Source: Eledone cirrhosa
Lineage: Eukaryota
DNA length: 64,000 bases
Assembly (NCBI GenBank): GCA_964016885.1
Contig: OZ024741.1
Span: 373,674,001 to 373,738,000, forward strand
Direction: 5' to 3'
Below the pieces are notes generated by a model that had not been told where the DNA came from, made no database searches, and was given only the letters and a program-made list of their open reading frames with translations. The position numbers and the translations under genes were made by a program. Positions 12,298 to 25,564 of the stretch are shown here, piece after piece (position 1 is the first letter of the stretch; each line of letters starts with the position of its first letter).

Positions 12298-15200
12298 AAA
12301 TTAATTTTTTTACTATACGTAAACTAAACGTACGATATGAATGGTTGCCAAAACATAGGCAAGGTCTATAAAGATCGGCAAAGAGAGAGAGCAAAGGAGG
12401 ATCCATGAATATCTGATGCACTCCTACAAAAACGATCTTACTGACACCTTTTTAATTCGATAAGAGTTTCTCTACGAAAGAGGCCGATAGAAGATCTTAC
12501 ATTTTTTTCAAAGGCTCTGTACCTATATAGAGTGTATCTATTTTGGAGTGAAGTAGGAGCAGACTATCTGACAAAATTATAAATGAAGCACTGAGAAAAC
12601 AGGATTAACCCTTTATCAGTTAAACCGGCCATATCCGTCCAGAATTCTCTCACCTCTTTCTCTTCAAACTGTCCGTAACCGGCCGCTGATACTGGTGTTA
12701 AGGTGTTGTTCTCAAAATAATAATATCAAAATCTCATAGATTCGATATTATGTGAGATATTAATGTGAGGTAAAGCCTTTACCGTGAAAATATAATATTA
12801 AATATAGAGTAATGTAAATTCTAAAGGGGGAGTTCAGTAGGGAAAGTAAGGTGAGTACTTAAAGAAAGGAGAGTCAAGCGATAGTCGAATCGTAGTAAAT
12901 GACATTCTAAGTGATAACTGTTTCAATCAAGACTGATTAAATGAGGTGACACGAAAGCATATGCTATAAGGAACACCTAAATAAAACAAACAAGTTAATT
13001 TATCAAATTATAATTATTTTTTGTAAAACCAATTGCATATCTGAAGAATGACCAACGATGACGGGAAGGGGGTTGGTTACATAAGCCACCGCCATTGGTT
13101 TGTTAAATTTGTATTAACCAGAGAATTAGAATTATTTTCAAGGATCCAACTGTATATTTGAAGCACTAAAGCATATAGACCAGTTAGAATGGGAAGAGGA
13201 TTATTGCAATGAATACAAGGCTTCAACGATTTATTATTTTGCGTAAAACTCGATGTTTACCTGCTGGTAGACATACGTGAGTTATTTAGGTTAACTCTGG
13301 AATACAACGGTTTAGCCTTTTCCTACTACCTGACATGCTTGAGGAATTTGGTAGATTAACCCTCCAGGGTTAATCTTCCAAATGGTGTAGACGCGGTAAA
13401 TTAAGTGGCGCATTTGAATGAGTGGACCTTCGACGATAGATCCGGATTCAAACCTAAACCAAAGCTAAAAACAAAATTTGAATGCCATAATATTAGGCAA
13501 ATTCATTAATATTTATCATTTTTATACTCGCAACTAAATGATGGCGATGGATAGGTGTCTGAGAAAATACTTTACGGCATTTGTCCTTGTTCTCTACATT
13601 CTGAGTTCAAATCCCACTGAGGTCAACTATGCCTTTCAACCTTCCAGGGTCGACAAAATAAAATACCAGTTAAGTAGTGGGGTCGGTTTAATCGACTTTA
13701 TCCTTCCTACAAATTGCAAGCCATGTGTTTAGATTAGAAATCATCCTGGCAACTAAACTGCACAAGTTTAATATTCTCTCCACATATAATATTGTGTAAA
13801 TTTATTTTCGTGGTCTAACGTTGAAAATATAAATATTGATTTCACTTTATTGCTGTTGTTATAATTCTACTTAACGACTTGAGGTTAAAATAGAAACTCT
13901 ACAAAATATATTTTTTTTACCTGTTTAAAAATTCCGATTTAATTTAATGGTTATGGTTAGCATGACTGTACATAGTATATGAGTAAAAAATCAGGTTCGT
14001 TCAACAGATCTTATTTATGAGAAAAATAATAATTAAGCTCAATTATTGTTGGACGAGTTTAATGTATCGAAATAGAGAAGTAGAATGGCAAGTCTATTAA
14101 TTAACATCCAGCAATAATGAAGTAAATCTGTCTATTAACTGTTGCTATTCAATTTGATTATTGTAATTTGTTTAGTTTAAAGTGTATTGTATCTCTAGAG
14201 TATTCAGAATATTGTATTCAAACTTAAACATCCATAATGATTTCTAATTTTGGCACAAGGCCAGCAATTTTTGACGGGGGTGTGCCATCTTTATTAAATC
14301 GACTTTACTGCTACTTATTTCATCGACCTTGGAAGATTGAAAGATAGAGTGGACCTCAACAGGATTTGAATTCAGAACGTAAAGGTATAAATAAATGCCA
14401 CAAAGCATATTGTCTGATACTTTAACTTTTCGGTCAATCCACCACTCTAATATATGTTAAGAGATTCTAATTTAGACACGAGGGGTGGTAATTCGATTAT
14501 ATCGGCACCAGCATTTGACTGGTATTATCGATTCCCACCTTCTGGAAGGATGAAAGGCAAAGTTGACTTCGAAGGATTTGAACTCAGAATGTAAAAAGCA
14601 GGAACAAGTGTCGGAAAGCATTTTATCCGAAGATCCATGGCAGACCTGCCAACCTCTAAAACCCCAAACGGAGATGACCATGAAAAAAAGTGCCTAAAAC
14701 GGGGAGAAATTAGGCAAAATGGGGAGATTTTACATAACCATTTTTTTCACAAGAGCAGACATCTCTCACCCACCCCAAAGTGGATGGGAGATCTCTCCGT
14801 CGGACGGGGAGAGTTGACAGGTCTGCTATCGAATCTGCCTATCTAACACCCAATGTTGAAACAAAATAACGGGTTCTGATTTAGACACAACGCCAACAAT
14901 TTTTGGTGCGTTACTGGTACTTTATTTATCAACCGCGTAAAGATGAAAGGCAAAGTTAACCTCGAAGGGTTTTGAACTCAGAACGTAAAGGGACGTAACT
15001 ATATGCCGCAAAGCATGTTATCTGACGCTCTACCGATTGTGCCAACCCACCGAATAAAATGAAAGGCAAAGTTAACCTCGGCAGGATTTGAACGTAAAGG
15101 GACGTAACTATATGCCACAAAGCATGTTGTCTGACGCTCTACCGATTATGCCCCCCCCCCCGAATAAAAGTAAATGAGAGATGGTTCGAAAGGAATTCTG

Positions 15201-15751
15201 AGAATGAAGGTTAACCGACGTAATACTCCTTGTTGCTATAAATATTTGAAGTGGAAATACAATTAATAGGGCAAAACACCGCAATTTTCGCTTGTCTTTT
15301 ACTTTAACGATACCATGAGTGGTTTAGCAACAATATCGATATAAAGCGCGCGAGACATAAAGTAATAGTCATCGATTTTTCTGTGTATAGTCAGTCGTTC
15401 AATCATCAGCTAAAGATATGACAGTCGCCATGGTTATCTGACGTCATTCGATATATCGTGTAAATCAGTCATCAGGTAAACATCAACCAGTCTATTTGAC
15501 GATCAGACTCCAAATAGCATTTATGAAGCTAATCAAAGAAATACGCAAACAGATCCTTTTGCATATCGATAGATACACTCTCACTTGTTGAAAAACACAA
15601 AACTGACTGTAAAAAAAATATAAGGATTTATTTAACACTGTCATTACCAAATGGTTGTATATATGTATATATATACAAAGGGCGGAAGAGCCAACGGCCA
15701 TCCAAAAGTGTGTAAATATGTATATACACATGTACATATGTATGTATATGC

Positions 15752-16079
15752 GCGGGGACATAGTCGGGCTGGACACCCGATCACGCGCTTAAACCACTGT
15801 GAGTGAAGGACTCCTAGCCTTTGTCAGGGCATTCTTCTAGGTGAAGGCAACTCAGGAAACTGGGATAACTTCGATATAAAACCTGCGGCTCTGTAGTTAC
15901 CGATGATGTTGATCTTTTCTTCTTTTCGGGTTATAGCTACTGTCGCTCAGAGAGTGAGATTGGCTCAGTGCACAGTCTTTCCTCACTTTAAAAAATATCT
16001 TCACGCACAAGCATTGCACGATAGAATTAATTAATAATTATATTGTGCAATGGCCATACTCGATAACGAGGGGGTAGCC

Positions 16080-16082
<3 letters not shown>
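15752..16082 (+). mobile_element. Non-autonomous RTE-related retroposon, subfamily 2 (other pieces at 55322-55552 and about 62280-62580)
   Basis: Shares TAGCCTTTGTCAGGGCA..CTAGG, GAGAGTG(A/G)GATTGGC and the 3' GGCCATACTCGATAACGAG..GCCAT with the 53.7-kb family. Ends in a microsatellite tail. Confidence 0.65.
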
Positions 16083-16109
<27 letters not shown>

Positions 16110-16112
<3 letters not shown>

Positions 16113-16387
16113 CTGTTATTATGAAATATCAACCAAGATATAAAAAACTTTGATATGCGATAAACATGACATGTATATAAATTGTAGCGCTTATGCAAAT
16201 AGATGTGTTTTGGTATATACATACATATATATTGTATTATTCTATTACGTGTTGCAGCCGACAGGCTGGGGCACTGCCATTATATATATATATATATATA
16301 TATATAATGTGTGTGTGTGTATATATATATATATATTTGTGTGTATATATCTGTGTGTATATATATACTATATATACATATATGTAC

Positions 16388-16419
<32 letters not shown>

Positions 16420-16511
16420 GTGTATATATATATATATATACACATGTATATATATATATATACACATGTATATATATATATATACACATGTATATATATA
16501 TATATATACAC

Positions 16512-16559
<48 letters not shown>

Positions 16560-16837
16560 GTATATATATATATATATATATACACGTACATATATGTATA
16601 TATACACACACACACACACACACACGTACTTATATATATATATATATATATATATATAATGGCAGTGCCCCAGCATGGCCTCAGCCTGTCGGCTGCAACA
16701 CGTAATAGAATAATACAATATATATGTATGTATATACCAAAACACATCTATTTGCATAAGCGCTACAATTTATATACATGTCATGTTTATCGCATATCAA
16801 AGTTTTTTATATCTTGGTTGATATTTGATAACAGCTA
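16110..16837. repeat. Inverted duplication, arms about 175 bp (16110-16281 and 16658-16837), around a (TA)n tract
   Basis: Near-perfect reverse complements. The left arm lacks 11 bp between GCTG microhomologies. Confidence 0.95.
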
Positions 16838-16919
16838 AACTAATCACTACAACTAAATTGACCACCCACCCCCATTCAGAAATGCTTCCACCGCCTCTTT
16901 TATATATTTATATATATAC

Positions 16920-16964
<45 letters not shown>

Positions 16965-17036
16965 CATACATACATACATACATATTACATATAGATAGAT
17001 ATACATATATGCACATAAATATACATTGATACACAT

Positions 17037-17074
<38 letters not shown>

Positions 17075-17876
17075 CCAAACCCATGCAAGCGTGGAACACG
17101 GACGCTAAACCTGATGATGATGATGATGATGATGATATATATATATATATACACATATATAGATACATATGTGTGGTAAAAATGTCTTATGATAAACTTA
17201 ATGCATTTACATACACTAAATCTGATGTATTTAGCTAAATTTGACGTTGAAAAGTTGTCACGACACGTTAGTGTGATCTATGCTGTTTATTCGATACAGA
17301 TACCTGGTTCGATGCTCGTATACGATTCTGTCATTTTGTTTCCTCAGATTTCGAGCGTATAAAATCATTGTTAAATATTAAGTTTTTATTTTACAATTTT
17401 GCATGCATGAGTGGATGGATGGCTATAAACCACAAATGTTTACGCCCCGTCAAACGACACGAGTTTCATCAATGTAACAAATAAAATTAAAGAAGATTTA
17501 AAACGGAAAATTTTCCTCTAAATTTTGTACTAATTCACATATGTCACTTACTATCATATGTATATTCATTTTGATGAAAAAGTCTAGCAGTTTATAAACT
17601 GTATTGCAGTTTATCATCTGTATTGAGTCTTTGAATTTGAGACCCCTTGTTTAGTTTTATCCTATAGATCAAGCATAAGCAAATGTTTTCGAGCAGTGGA
17701 CTCCGTAAGATGGAGGCAATAATTGCCACTCAAGGCAATTATGATATCAGGCGTGCCATTCAGAAGACCAATTGGGCCGCAATTTTCTTACTTATTTCGC
17801 TGTTTTAGGGCATCATATAAAGTTTTTGGTTTGGTTTAATTCGGAAATGACTGTTCTACAACATGTAATCAATAAT

Positions 17877-18058
17877 TGTTTCTACTTTAGGCACAAGGCC
17901 AGCAATTACCCAGTGCATTACTGGTACTTTATTTTATCGACCCCGTAAGGATGAAAGGCAAAGTCAACCTCGGCGTGATTTGAACTCAGATCGTAAAGGG
18001 ACGTAACTATGCTGGAAAGCATGGCGTCCGACCCTCTACCGATACTGCCAATCCACAA
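17877..18058 (-). mobile_element. Young SINE family A copy with a 12-bp TSD
   Basis: TSD GTAATCAATAAT at 17865-17876 and 18059-18070. Confidence 0.9.
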
Positions 18059-18473
18059 GTAATCAATAATAACTATGATATAGATCTATACATTAATATA
18101 CGAAGCATTGGGGCTCGGAGTGTAGATAATAAATATATTGTGTCTTAATTTGTACCTATCTCTATTAAATAAAATTGTTTTTAACTTGCCGTTTAATTTT
18201 CAGTCTATATACTGCATGTGGTAATAGTATTTTATACAGGTATTTTGAGAATTTCAACTGGACTAATAGAGATCAAACAGACCCTACTTTAATTATTTTA
18301 ATTTTTTTTTTTATCCAAATCGACAAGATCCCAGACCTCATTCGTTCTCCGAGTGAGGTGGACCTCGTCAGATCAGACCAAGGAAACAATGTTTCCATTG
18401 GTCTTTTCAATTGCTAATACTATCTACCGGTCACAACTCCTGCTTTAAAGGTGCATTATTTTGTATCTGTTAA

Positions 18474-18765
18474 CCCTAAACCGCCTGGAACGGAACTACT
18501 TTTGGCTCCGTTTCTATTATATTTATCTGAAGTCTTTCCAGCATTATTTTATGTAGGGACCTTTGTTAAGTTATGTTCCAAACACTAGATAAATAATTGT
18601 TTTGGCACAAGGCTAGCAATTACTTAGTACATTACTGGTACTTTATTTTATCGACCCAGTAAGGATGAAAGGCAAAGTTAACCTAGATAAATAATGGGGA
18701 AAGGGTTATATTACTAAATCTCTTCGAATTCTTGATAATTTTCTAGAAATATGGTAATGAAAGGG
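18474..18765. mobile_element. piggyBac-like MITE carrying a nested 5'-truncated SINE
   Basis: TTAA|CCC...GGG|TTAA. The nested SINE has TSD CTAGATAAATAAT (18585-18597 and 18683-18695). An empty-site fragment of the same MITE lies at about 19776-19830(-). Confidence 0.7.
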
Positions 18766-19506
18766 TTAAAGAAAAGTTTCGATCCTTATTATTACTTACT
18801 ATATATTTTAAGTATATAGGGCGGTGGATTGGCAGTATCGGTAGAGGGTCGGACGCCATGCGTTGACGCATAGAGTTATGGCCCTTGCCATTCTGAGTTC
18901 AAATCCCACCGAGATTAATCTTGCCTTTCATCTTTACGGGGTCGATAAAATAAAGTACCAGTAATGCACTGGTTAATTGCTGGTCTTGTGCCAAAAGTAG
19001 AAACAATGATATATTTTAAGTATATTTTAGCCTGTAACCAGAAAGCCTGACCACCTCGGGCCCATGTTTGCCGGACTAAAAAGGTTCGGTCACTGTATAG
19101 ATATTGCTGAAGTGTATTCGCTTGCTCACAAATATAGAATAGATGCAACAATCAAAAAGATACTTATATATGCGTGTGTGTGAGCGGGAGTGTACATACG
19201 TACTTACATATATACATACCCCGTCCACCACCACCTACACGACACAAACAAACACACACATACACACAAATTACTCTGTATGCCTTTGCCAACGTCTAAA
19301 ACTTGTTTTCGGTTGTGTTAGCATGTATTCTTTCTGTTAGCTTTCCAAAAGCCTTTTGTTGTCATTCTATGTAATTAAGATAATCTAGTACACGTGGTGT
19401 GATTAACTGTGTGAGCTTTTGTACGGCAGTTAACTTACTTTTTAACACAGCAAGATTGAAATGTTAGAGCTGACGTTTAATGTATTCCAAAGGTTATATA
19501 ACTTAC

Positions 19507-19557
19507 CGTGAATCGAGTGTTATAACAGTCATTGAAACCAAGCACAAACTCTGTTGA
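19507..19557 (-). CDS. Candidate 51-nt internal exon of an unidentified host gene
   Basis: Acceptor TCTTCCTTTTCTTTTTCTAG and donor G|GTAAGT in unique sequence. Open as STEFVLGFNDCYNTRFT or QQSLCLVSMTVITLDS. Confidence 0.4.
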
Positions 19558-20222
19558 CTAGAAAAAGAAAAGGAAGAGCTACTCGTCCGATTAGAGTAAG
19601 GGAACTGGATTTCCGTTGGTCTTTCTGATACTATCTTCCAGAAGTAGATAGTATCAGAAATATTTGTGAGCAAGAGAATACACTTTAGCAAAAATATTTC
19701 TTATGAAAAAGTACTGCCCATACATTTCAAACCTAGAAAATTAGCAAGAATTCGTGGAGATTTAGTAATATAAGCTTTTCCCCATTATTTATCTAGTGTT
19801 TTGGAACATAACTTAACAAAGGTCCCTACACCTACTGTCAGAAGTTGTAACTTCTGACAGAAGGAGACGGAGTTTGAACTCGCAATGCATAGAACCGGCT
19901 CAGATACTGTAAATCATCCCGTTAGACTCATTAATAATTCCGTCAATCCACCACCCACTCCTCGAATGGCATTTTATTTATCGACCCCGAAAAGATGAAA
20001 GGCAATGTTGACCTTGGTAGGATTTGAATATAGACAAAATGAGCCGGATCAAATACCAAATCATTTAATCTAAAACTCTCGCAATTCTGCCGATTCCACG
20101 ATTTTAGATCCATTTTTATCTATGGTCCACTGAATAAGACAACAAAAGTGCTCCATGGAAACATTAGCTTTTTTAAAGTCTTGTTATTTAAAAAAAAAAA
20201 AAAAAAAAGTGAGTATTTAGAT

Positions 20223-20551
20223 CAGGAGTGTGCAACATATTCCATTGGTGGGGCACTTTTGAACATTGGAAACAACTATTAGTGCTAGTCACCATCAAAA
20301 ATATGTAATCTAATGAAAACCAATGAATTGAGTCATAAATACATTGTGAATACATTTTTAATAAAATATAATTTAGTTTTATTAATGTGAGACTTGGTAT
20401 TTAGTATAGGGGTCAACTAACAGAAAATTGTATACGGTTACGAACAAAATTCTAAATAAGCCTACAAGGTAAAAGTTGAAAACGGTCATTGCGGGCCACT
20501 CTGACTTGTCGGGAGGATTGTGGTTCGCGGGCCGCCTGTTGCACGCCTCTG
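20223..20551. mobile_element. hAT-like MITE
   Basis: Termini CAGGAGTGTGCAAC / GTTGCACGCCTCTG and a perfect 8-bp TSD ATTTAGAT. Confidence 0.8.
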
Positions 20552-23500
20552 ATTTAGATTGTTTCTAAACAGAGATGAGCACACGCATGGTAGGTATCGT
20601 CAAGGAACACACACACACTCACACACTCACATACAGACCTGTGAGGGGCATTAAAATCACTTAAGTTTTCGAAATATAGTATTTTCAAACTACCGTCAAA
20701 AATATGTGGCACTCCATGCGGAGCATAGGCCGCACATTGAGAATACCTTCTAGTCTATCGGCTGTCACATCTGTCTTAATGTTAGTTGTATGTATTTCAA
20801 TACTAACTATTATAAAGATAATTGTTTCTACTTTTGGCACAAGGCCAGCAATTACCCAGTACATTACTGGTACTTTATTTTATCGACCCCGTAAGGATGA
20901 AAGGTAAAGTTATCCTCAACGGGATTTGAACTCAGACCGTAAAGGGACGTAATACAACCAATATATATGCGAGAATAGCGATGCATGTAAACAGAATGAC
21001 ATGGAAATGTTCATTTACACATGCAAGTAAGCATTAATGGTGAGTTATATGATAGTCTCGGAACGAGCCTCCGTCGGTTTCGACGATGAGCGTTTCATTT
21101 GTTTAATCAAGTGAACAGTCTGCTCGGGAAATTAACGTGCAAGTGGCTGAACATTCCATAGGTGGGTGTACCCTTAACGTTAAGTTTCAGGGAGATTTTG
21201 AAATACAAGTAGAGTTCATCGGAAGGGTTTGGAGACAGTATCCGTATATTGAATTTCCTTCACAAGGCATGGTGGGTCAACCCGATACTTTGGTAAATCA
21301 TACCTGTTTTGTCCAAGATGACATACAGAGGTAACAAACTCAGGCCATGACGATTGCGAAGCGAACTTCTTAATCACTCATCCATGTTGCGTCCACTACT
21401 ACTGTCTGTACATTAATTCTTCAAAGAGATAAAAGAAAATTTATTCCAACAAAGAATCGGAATCGATACATAGACGCAATTCACAGATAATTTACAAACG
21501 CCCCCGCTATTGATAAATCAATATTTGTTTGTTCTGACACGACACGGAACTCTATAACTTCATATGTTGTTCAATTTTATGGATTTTTTTTTCAAAAGTG
21601 ATACCAATAAAATGAAATGACGTCACCGATAAAGGGAGACTACGTTACAAAATTTGCTTCCGGGAAGAACTGTGTCATTTGATCTGCTAGAAATAACAGC
21701 TAGATCTCCCTCAAGCATTTCACCGTCGTAAAATATGATGATACACAGTAGATAGTTCTTTCTAATATTGGCACAAGACCAGCAATTTAGGGGAAAGTGA
21801 ACGTCGATCATATCGAACCCCAGTGATTTACTGGTAGTTTATTTTATCGTCTGTGGAGAGATGAAAGGCAAAGTGGACTTCGGAAGGATTTGAACTCAGG
21901 ACGTAGAAATAGGTAACTAAATACCGACGTTCTACCGATACTGCCAATCCATCGTCCAACACACACAGATAATGAAGTCCAAGGAAACCCTCCTTGCCCC
22001 TATAACAGACTGGATGGTCATGGTCCAGACGCCTTTTACCACAGATCAGTTAAATCTTGATTGGTATGGTATGGTATTGTCCCGTAACTCCTGATGGAGT
22101 TGTAGCGGCACTGTAGTGACATGGCGTTTCCAGAGCATCTTCAAACCTGGCGGAGCTCATCTCCTCTACAGGTCTGAATACAGCAGCTTCCTTCCAGATA
22201 AGGGTAGAGTGATAGAAAAGAAGTGAAAAAGAGATTGAAGAATTGACCCCAGTAATAGACTGGTACTTGTTTTATCGACCTCGAAAGGTTGAAAGGTAAA
22301 GTGGGCCTCGACTGGGTTTGAACTCAGAGAGCAGAGAACCGGAACGAATACCGCAAATTATTCTATCTGACGTTCGCCACCTGAAATCATGATTCATCCG
22401 ATATTTCTAATCTAAGCACAGGCCTTTGTTGGAAGTGGGTGGGAAGTCGATTATAACGACCCAGTATTTGATCCCGAAAGGATGAGAGGCACAATTGACC
22501 TCGGTGATATTTGAACACAGAATGTAAGGAGCTAGAACAAATGCCGCATAGCTTTTTATTCGACGTTTTTGTCAATCAACCGCCCTCTGGCTTGGTGTTA
22601 AATAACAACAATAGCAACAAGTTTACGAGAGTGGGCTGAAAAGTTCATAGGCTCATGTAGTGATATTAAAACGTAGAGTGGATATAGTTTCCAGCATCAG
22701 CACTACCGATTCACTGTTAACCCCTTTTGGTGCCAAATTTCCTGAAACTACCCTGGATTTATTATATACAACTGCTCATTGTATAATGTTCATGCTTACG
22801 AGGGTCGGCTTAAAAGTTCATAGGCTGACTATGAAAGAGTGATGATAGAGCTGTGAAATCTTGCATGCAATAATTTCAACTCTTCAACTGCATTGTTTCT
22901 TTCCAGGTAAACTGACATTTGACTGTTGAAAGAAGGCTTCAAAAGTAACTAGTAACGTACATTTATTATAGCATGTATTCTATCTACATGAAGCTATTTC
23001 ATGTAACTTGAAACACTTTACAAGTTTGTGTTTATAGTGTAACAATAACACTTTGTAAAGCACGAGCTTACGGTTTTGTTATTTCATTTCATGCTTATTC
23101 GTCTGCTGTAAATATTCATTTGCTGTAAATATTTATGAGAATACATATGTTGACATGTGAACGGAGTGGTTGGGGGCTGAATTTCCTTGAAATCTCAGAT
23201 GGGATTAGCTCTTAGTTCGGATGGGAGATGTTTTCTAAGCACACACATTAGATAAATATATAGAACTGAAGTTATTTACGCATCTATACCCCTCTTTCTC
23301 TGAATCAATTCTAAGCAAATGACAGTGTTTCATCTTCCAATACAGAAAATTCTGACCATGCAAATTACGAACCAATAACTATCACTTCCAGCATCTGAAA
23401 GGGGTTAAGAATTACTTTCATTCCCTTTCTCACCCCCCCCCCCTCTCTCCCTCTCTCAATCGTTCTCTCTCGTTTTCTCTTCTTTTTTCACTTCCAGCAA

Positions 23501-23914
23501 AACTGTTTTCTTCTCCCTGTAGTATGAGAGAAAAATGTGAAATCTATATTATAATTGTTTCTACTTTTGGCACAAGGCCAACAATTACCCAGTTCATTAC
23601 TGGTACTTTATTTTATCGACCCTGTAAGGATGAAAGGCAAAGTTAATCTCGGTGGGATTTGAACTCAGAATGGCAAGGGCCGTAACTTTATGCGTCAAAG
23701 CATGGCGTCCGACCCTCTACCGATACTGCAAATTCATTATAATATGTAAGAACCCGTAACTTCGGATTCCCTTTTAAATCCGACGGAGCCCATCCCTCTC
23801 CAGGTCTGATCACAGCCGGTTTCTTCCAGAGAAGTGAAAAGAGTGATAGAGAGGAAATAGGAAAGAGATATAGAGGAAGATTCAACACCAGTATTGAACT
23901 GGTATTTTCTTATC

Positions 23915-24120
23915 GACCAACTATCATCTATTTTTTCAGCCTGTAACATTCGGGACGTTTGGTGGAGCTGGGCAGCTGACTGCGAAGTTCTTGTCATCGT
24001 TGGCGGCTCGCCTTACTAAGGCGTCTTGTGATGCCTGTGAGGGTGCTTGGTTATACCAGCCTTAGCCTCACCACCACCCGCAGTGATGCTGGGAGCTTGT
24101 TGCTTTGCCTCAAAAATGTT
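23915..24120 (+). mobile_element. CRE-clade non-LTR retrotransposon 3' fragment (degenerate)
   Basis: FQPVTFGTFGGAGQLTAKFLSSLAARLTKASCDACEGAWLYQ/LSLTTTRSDAGSLL (one frameshift) aligns with the C-terminus of the 25.6-kb element. Confidence 0.7.
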
Positions 24121-24462
24121 CGATGGCCTTTGTAGTTAAATTCTCACTTTGATTACATATTCTTGTGTATTATATTTATAAGGTTCCTAACACTAATTAA
24201 TTGATTATTTGTATGTAATTATAGTTAACCTCGAAGTCAAACTGATGAAAGGCAAATCAGACCTCGATGTTCCTATAGCATGACATAGAAAGTGAAAACA
24301 ACAAACAAAATATGGTCAGGTGACCAGGCCTTTAATATTGATTCAACAGTTAAAGCTGTGACCAGCTATTATACTAAATGGCATTTAATACAAACTGTAC
24401 ACATATAATTGATTTGTTTGAAGAAAGAAGCTTGCGCTTTGAGTACTATATATAGAGATATA

Positions 24463-25439
24463 CGAGGTGTGTCAGAAAAGTTCCAGGACTGATGTCACAA
24501 AAGATTTATTTCAAACCCAAACTTCACACTAAGAGTTTTCTCCTTCAAAGTAATCCCCCTGGAGTATGTAACTGTAATCTTAGCTCTCTGCAGCGATCAA
24601 ACTTTTTTCTTCATAATTTTATATATATGTCCTCTGTTTAAGGTCGTCAAGCAATGAGCACAGAGCAACGAACAAACTTGAAGTTTCTGGTACGGTTGGG
24701 GAAAACTCCGTCAGAAACACTAGGATTGCGGAAAGTCTGCGCGAAGATGGTGCCAAAACTGATAGGGATAGTCATCACCGGTGATGAGTCATGGATCTTC
24801 GAGTACTACCCGGAAACCAAACGCCAGAGCCTTCAGTGGAATAGTTCCGTCGTCGCCAAGGCCGAAGAAAGCACGACAGTCGAAGCCCAAAGTCAAGGTA
24901 TGTTGATCACATTCTTCGATGTGAGGGGGATCGTCCACTGCGAGCTCTTGCCACAGGGCCAGACGATCAACCAACATGTCTACAAAGAGATACTGCAGCG
25001 TTTGCTTCGTTCAGTGCGTGAGAAGAGGCGAGAGTTGTGGCAGGACAACTCGTGGCTGCTTCACCATGACAACGCGCCTGCTCACAATGCCCTGAGCATC
25101 CGACAGTTCCTGACCGAGAAGAACATCGCCGTGCTGGAAGAACCTCCCTACTCTCCTGACCTGGCTCCGTGTAATTTTTTCCTATTCCCCAAGCTCAAGG
25201 AGGTCATCAAGGAAACCCGTTTTGAAGACGTGGACGACATCAAAAAGGCCGTGACGACGGAACTGCGGAGGATCCCGGAAGAATCCTTCCAGGAGTGCAT
25301 GCAAGCGTGGCAGAAAAGGATGGAAAAGTGCATTAGACTCCAGGGGGGTTACTTTGAAGGAGAAAACTCTTAGTGTGAAGTTTGGGTTTGAAATAAATCT
25401 TTTGTAACATCAGTCCTGGAACGTTTCTGACACACCTCG
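24463..25439 (+). mobile_element. Internally deleted mariner transposon with 103-bp TIRs and TA TSD
   Basis: TA|CGAGGTGTGTCAGAAA...TTTCTGACACACCTCG|TA with a transposase remnant inside. Confidence 0.97.
24654..25373 (+). pseudogene. Mariner transposase remnant (catalytic domain present, most of the HTH region deleted)
   Basis: Motifs TGDESW, HHDNAPAH and YSPDLAPCNF, where the third catalytic Asp of DD34D appears as Asn. Confidence 0.93.
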
Positions 25440-25564
25440 TATAGATAGAGAGAGAGTGAAAGAGAATGAAGAGATTAAGATTTCTTTCAACACGCTGACG
25501 CGTATGTGTATATGTATGTGCGTGTGTGTATGTGCATATACATACATTTATATGTATGAGTATA

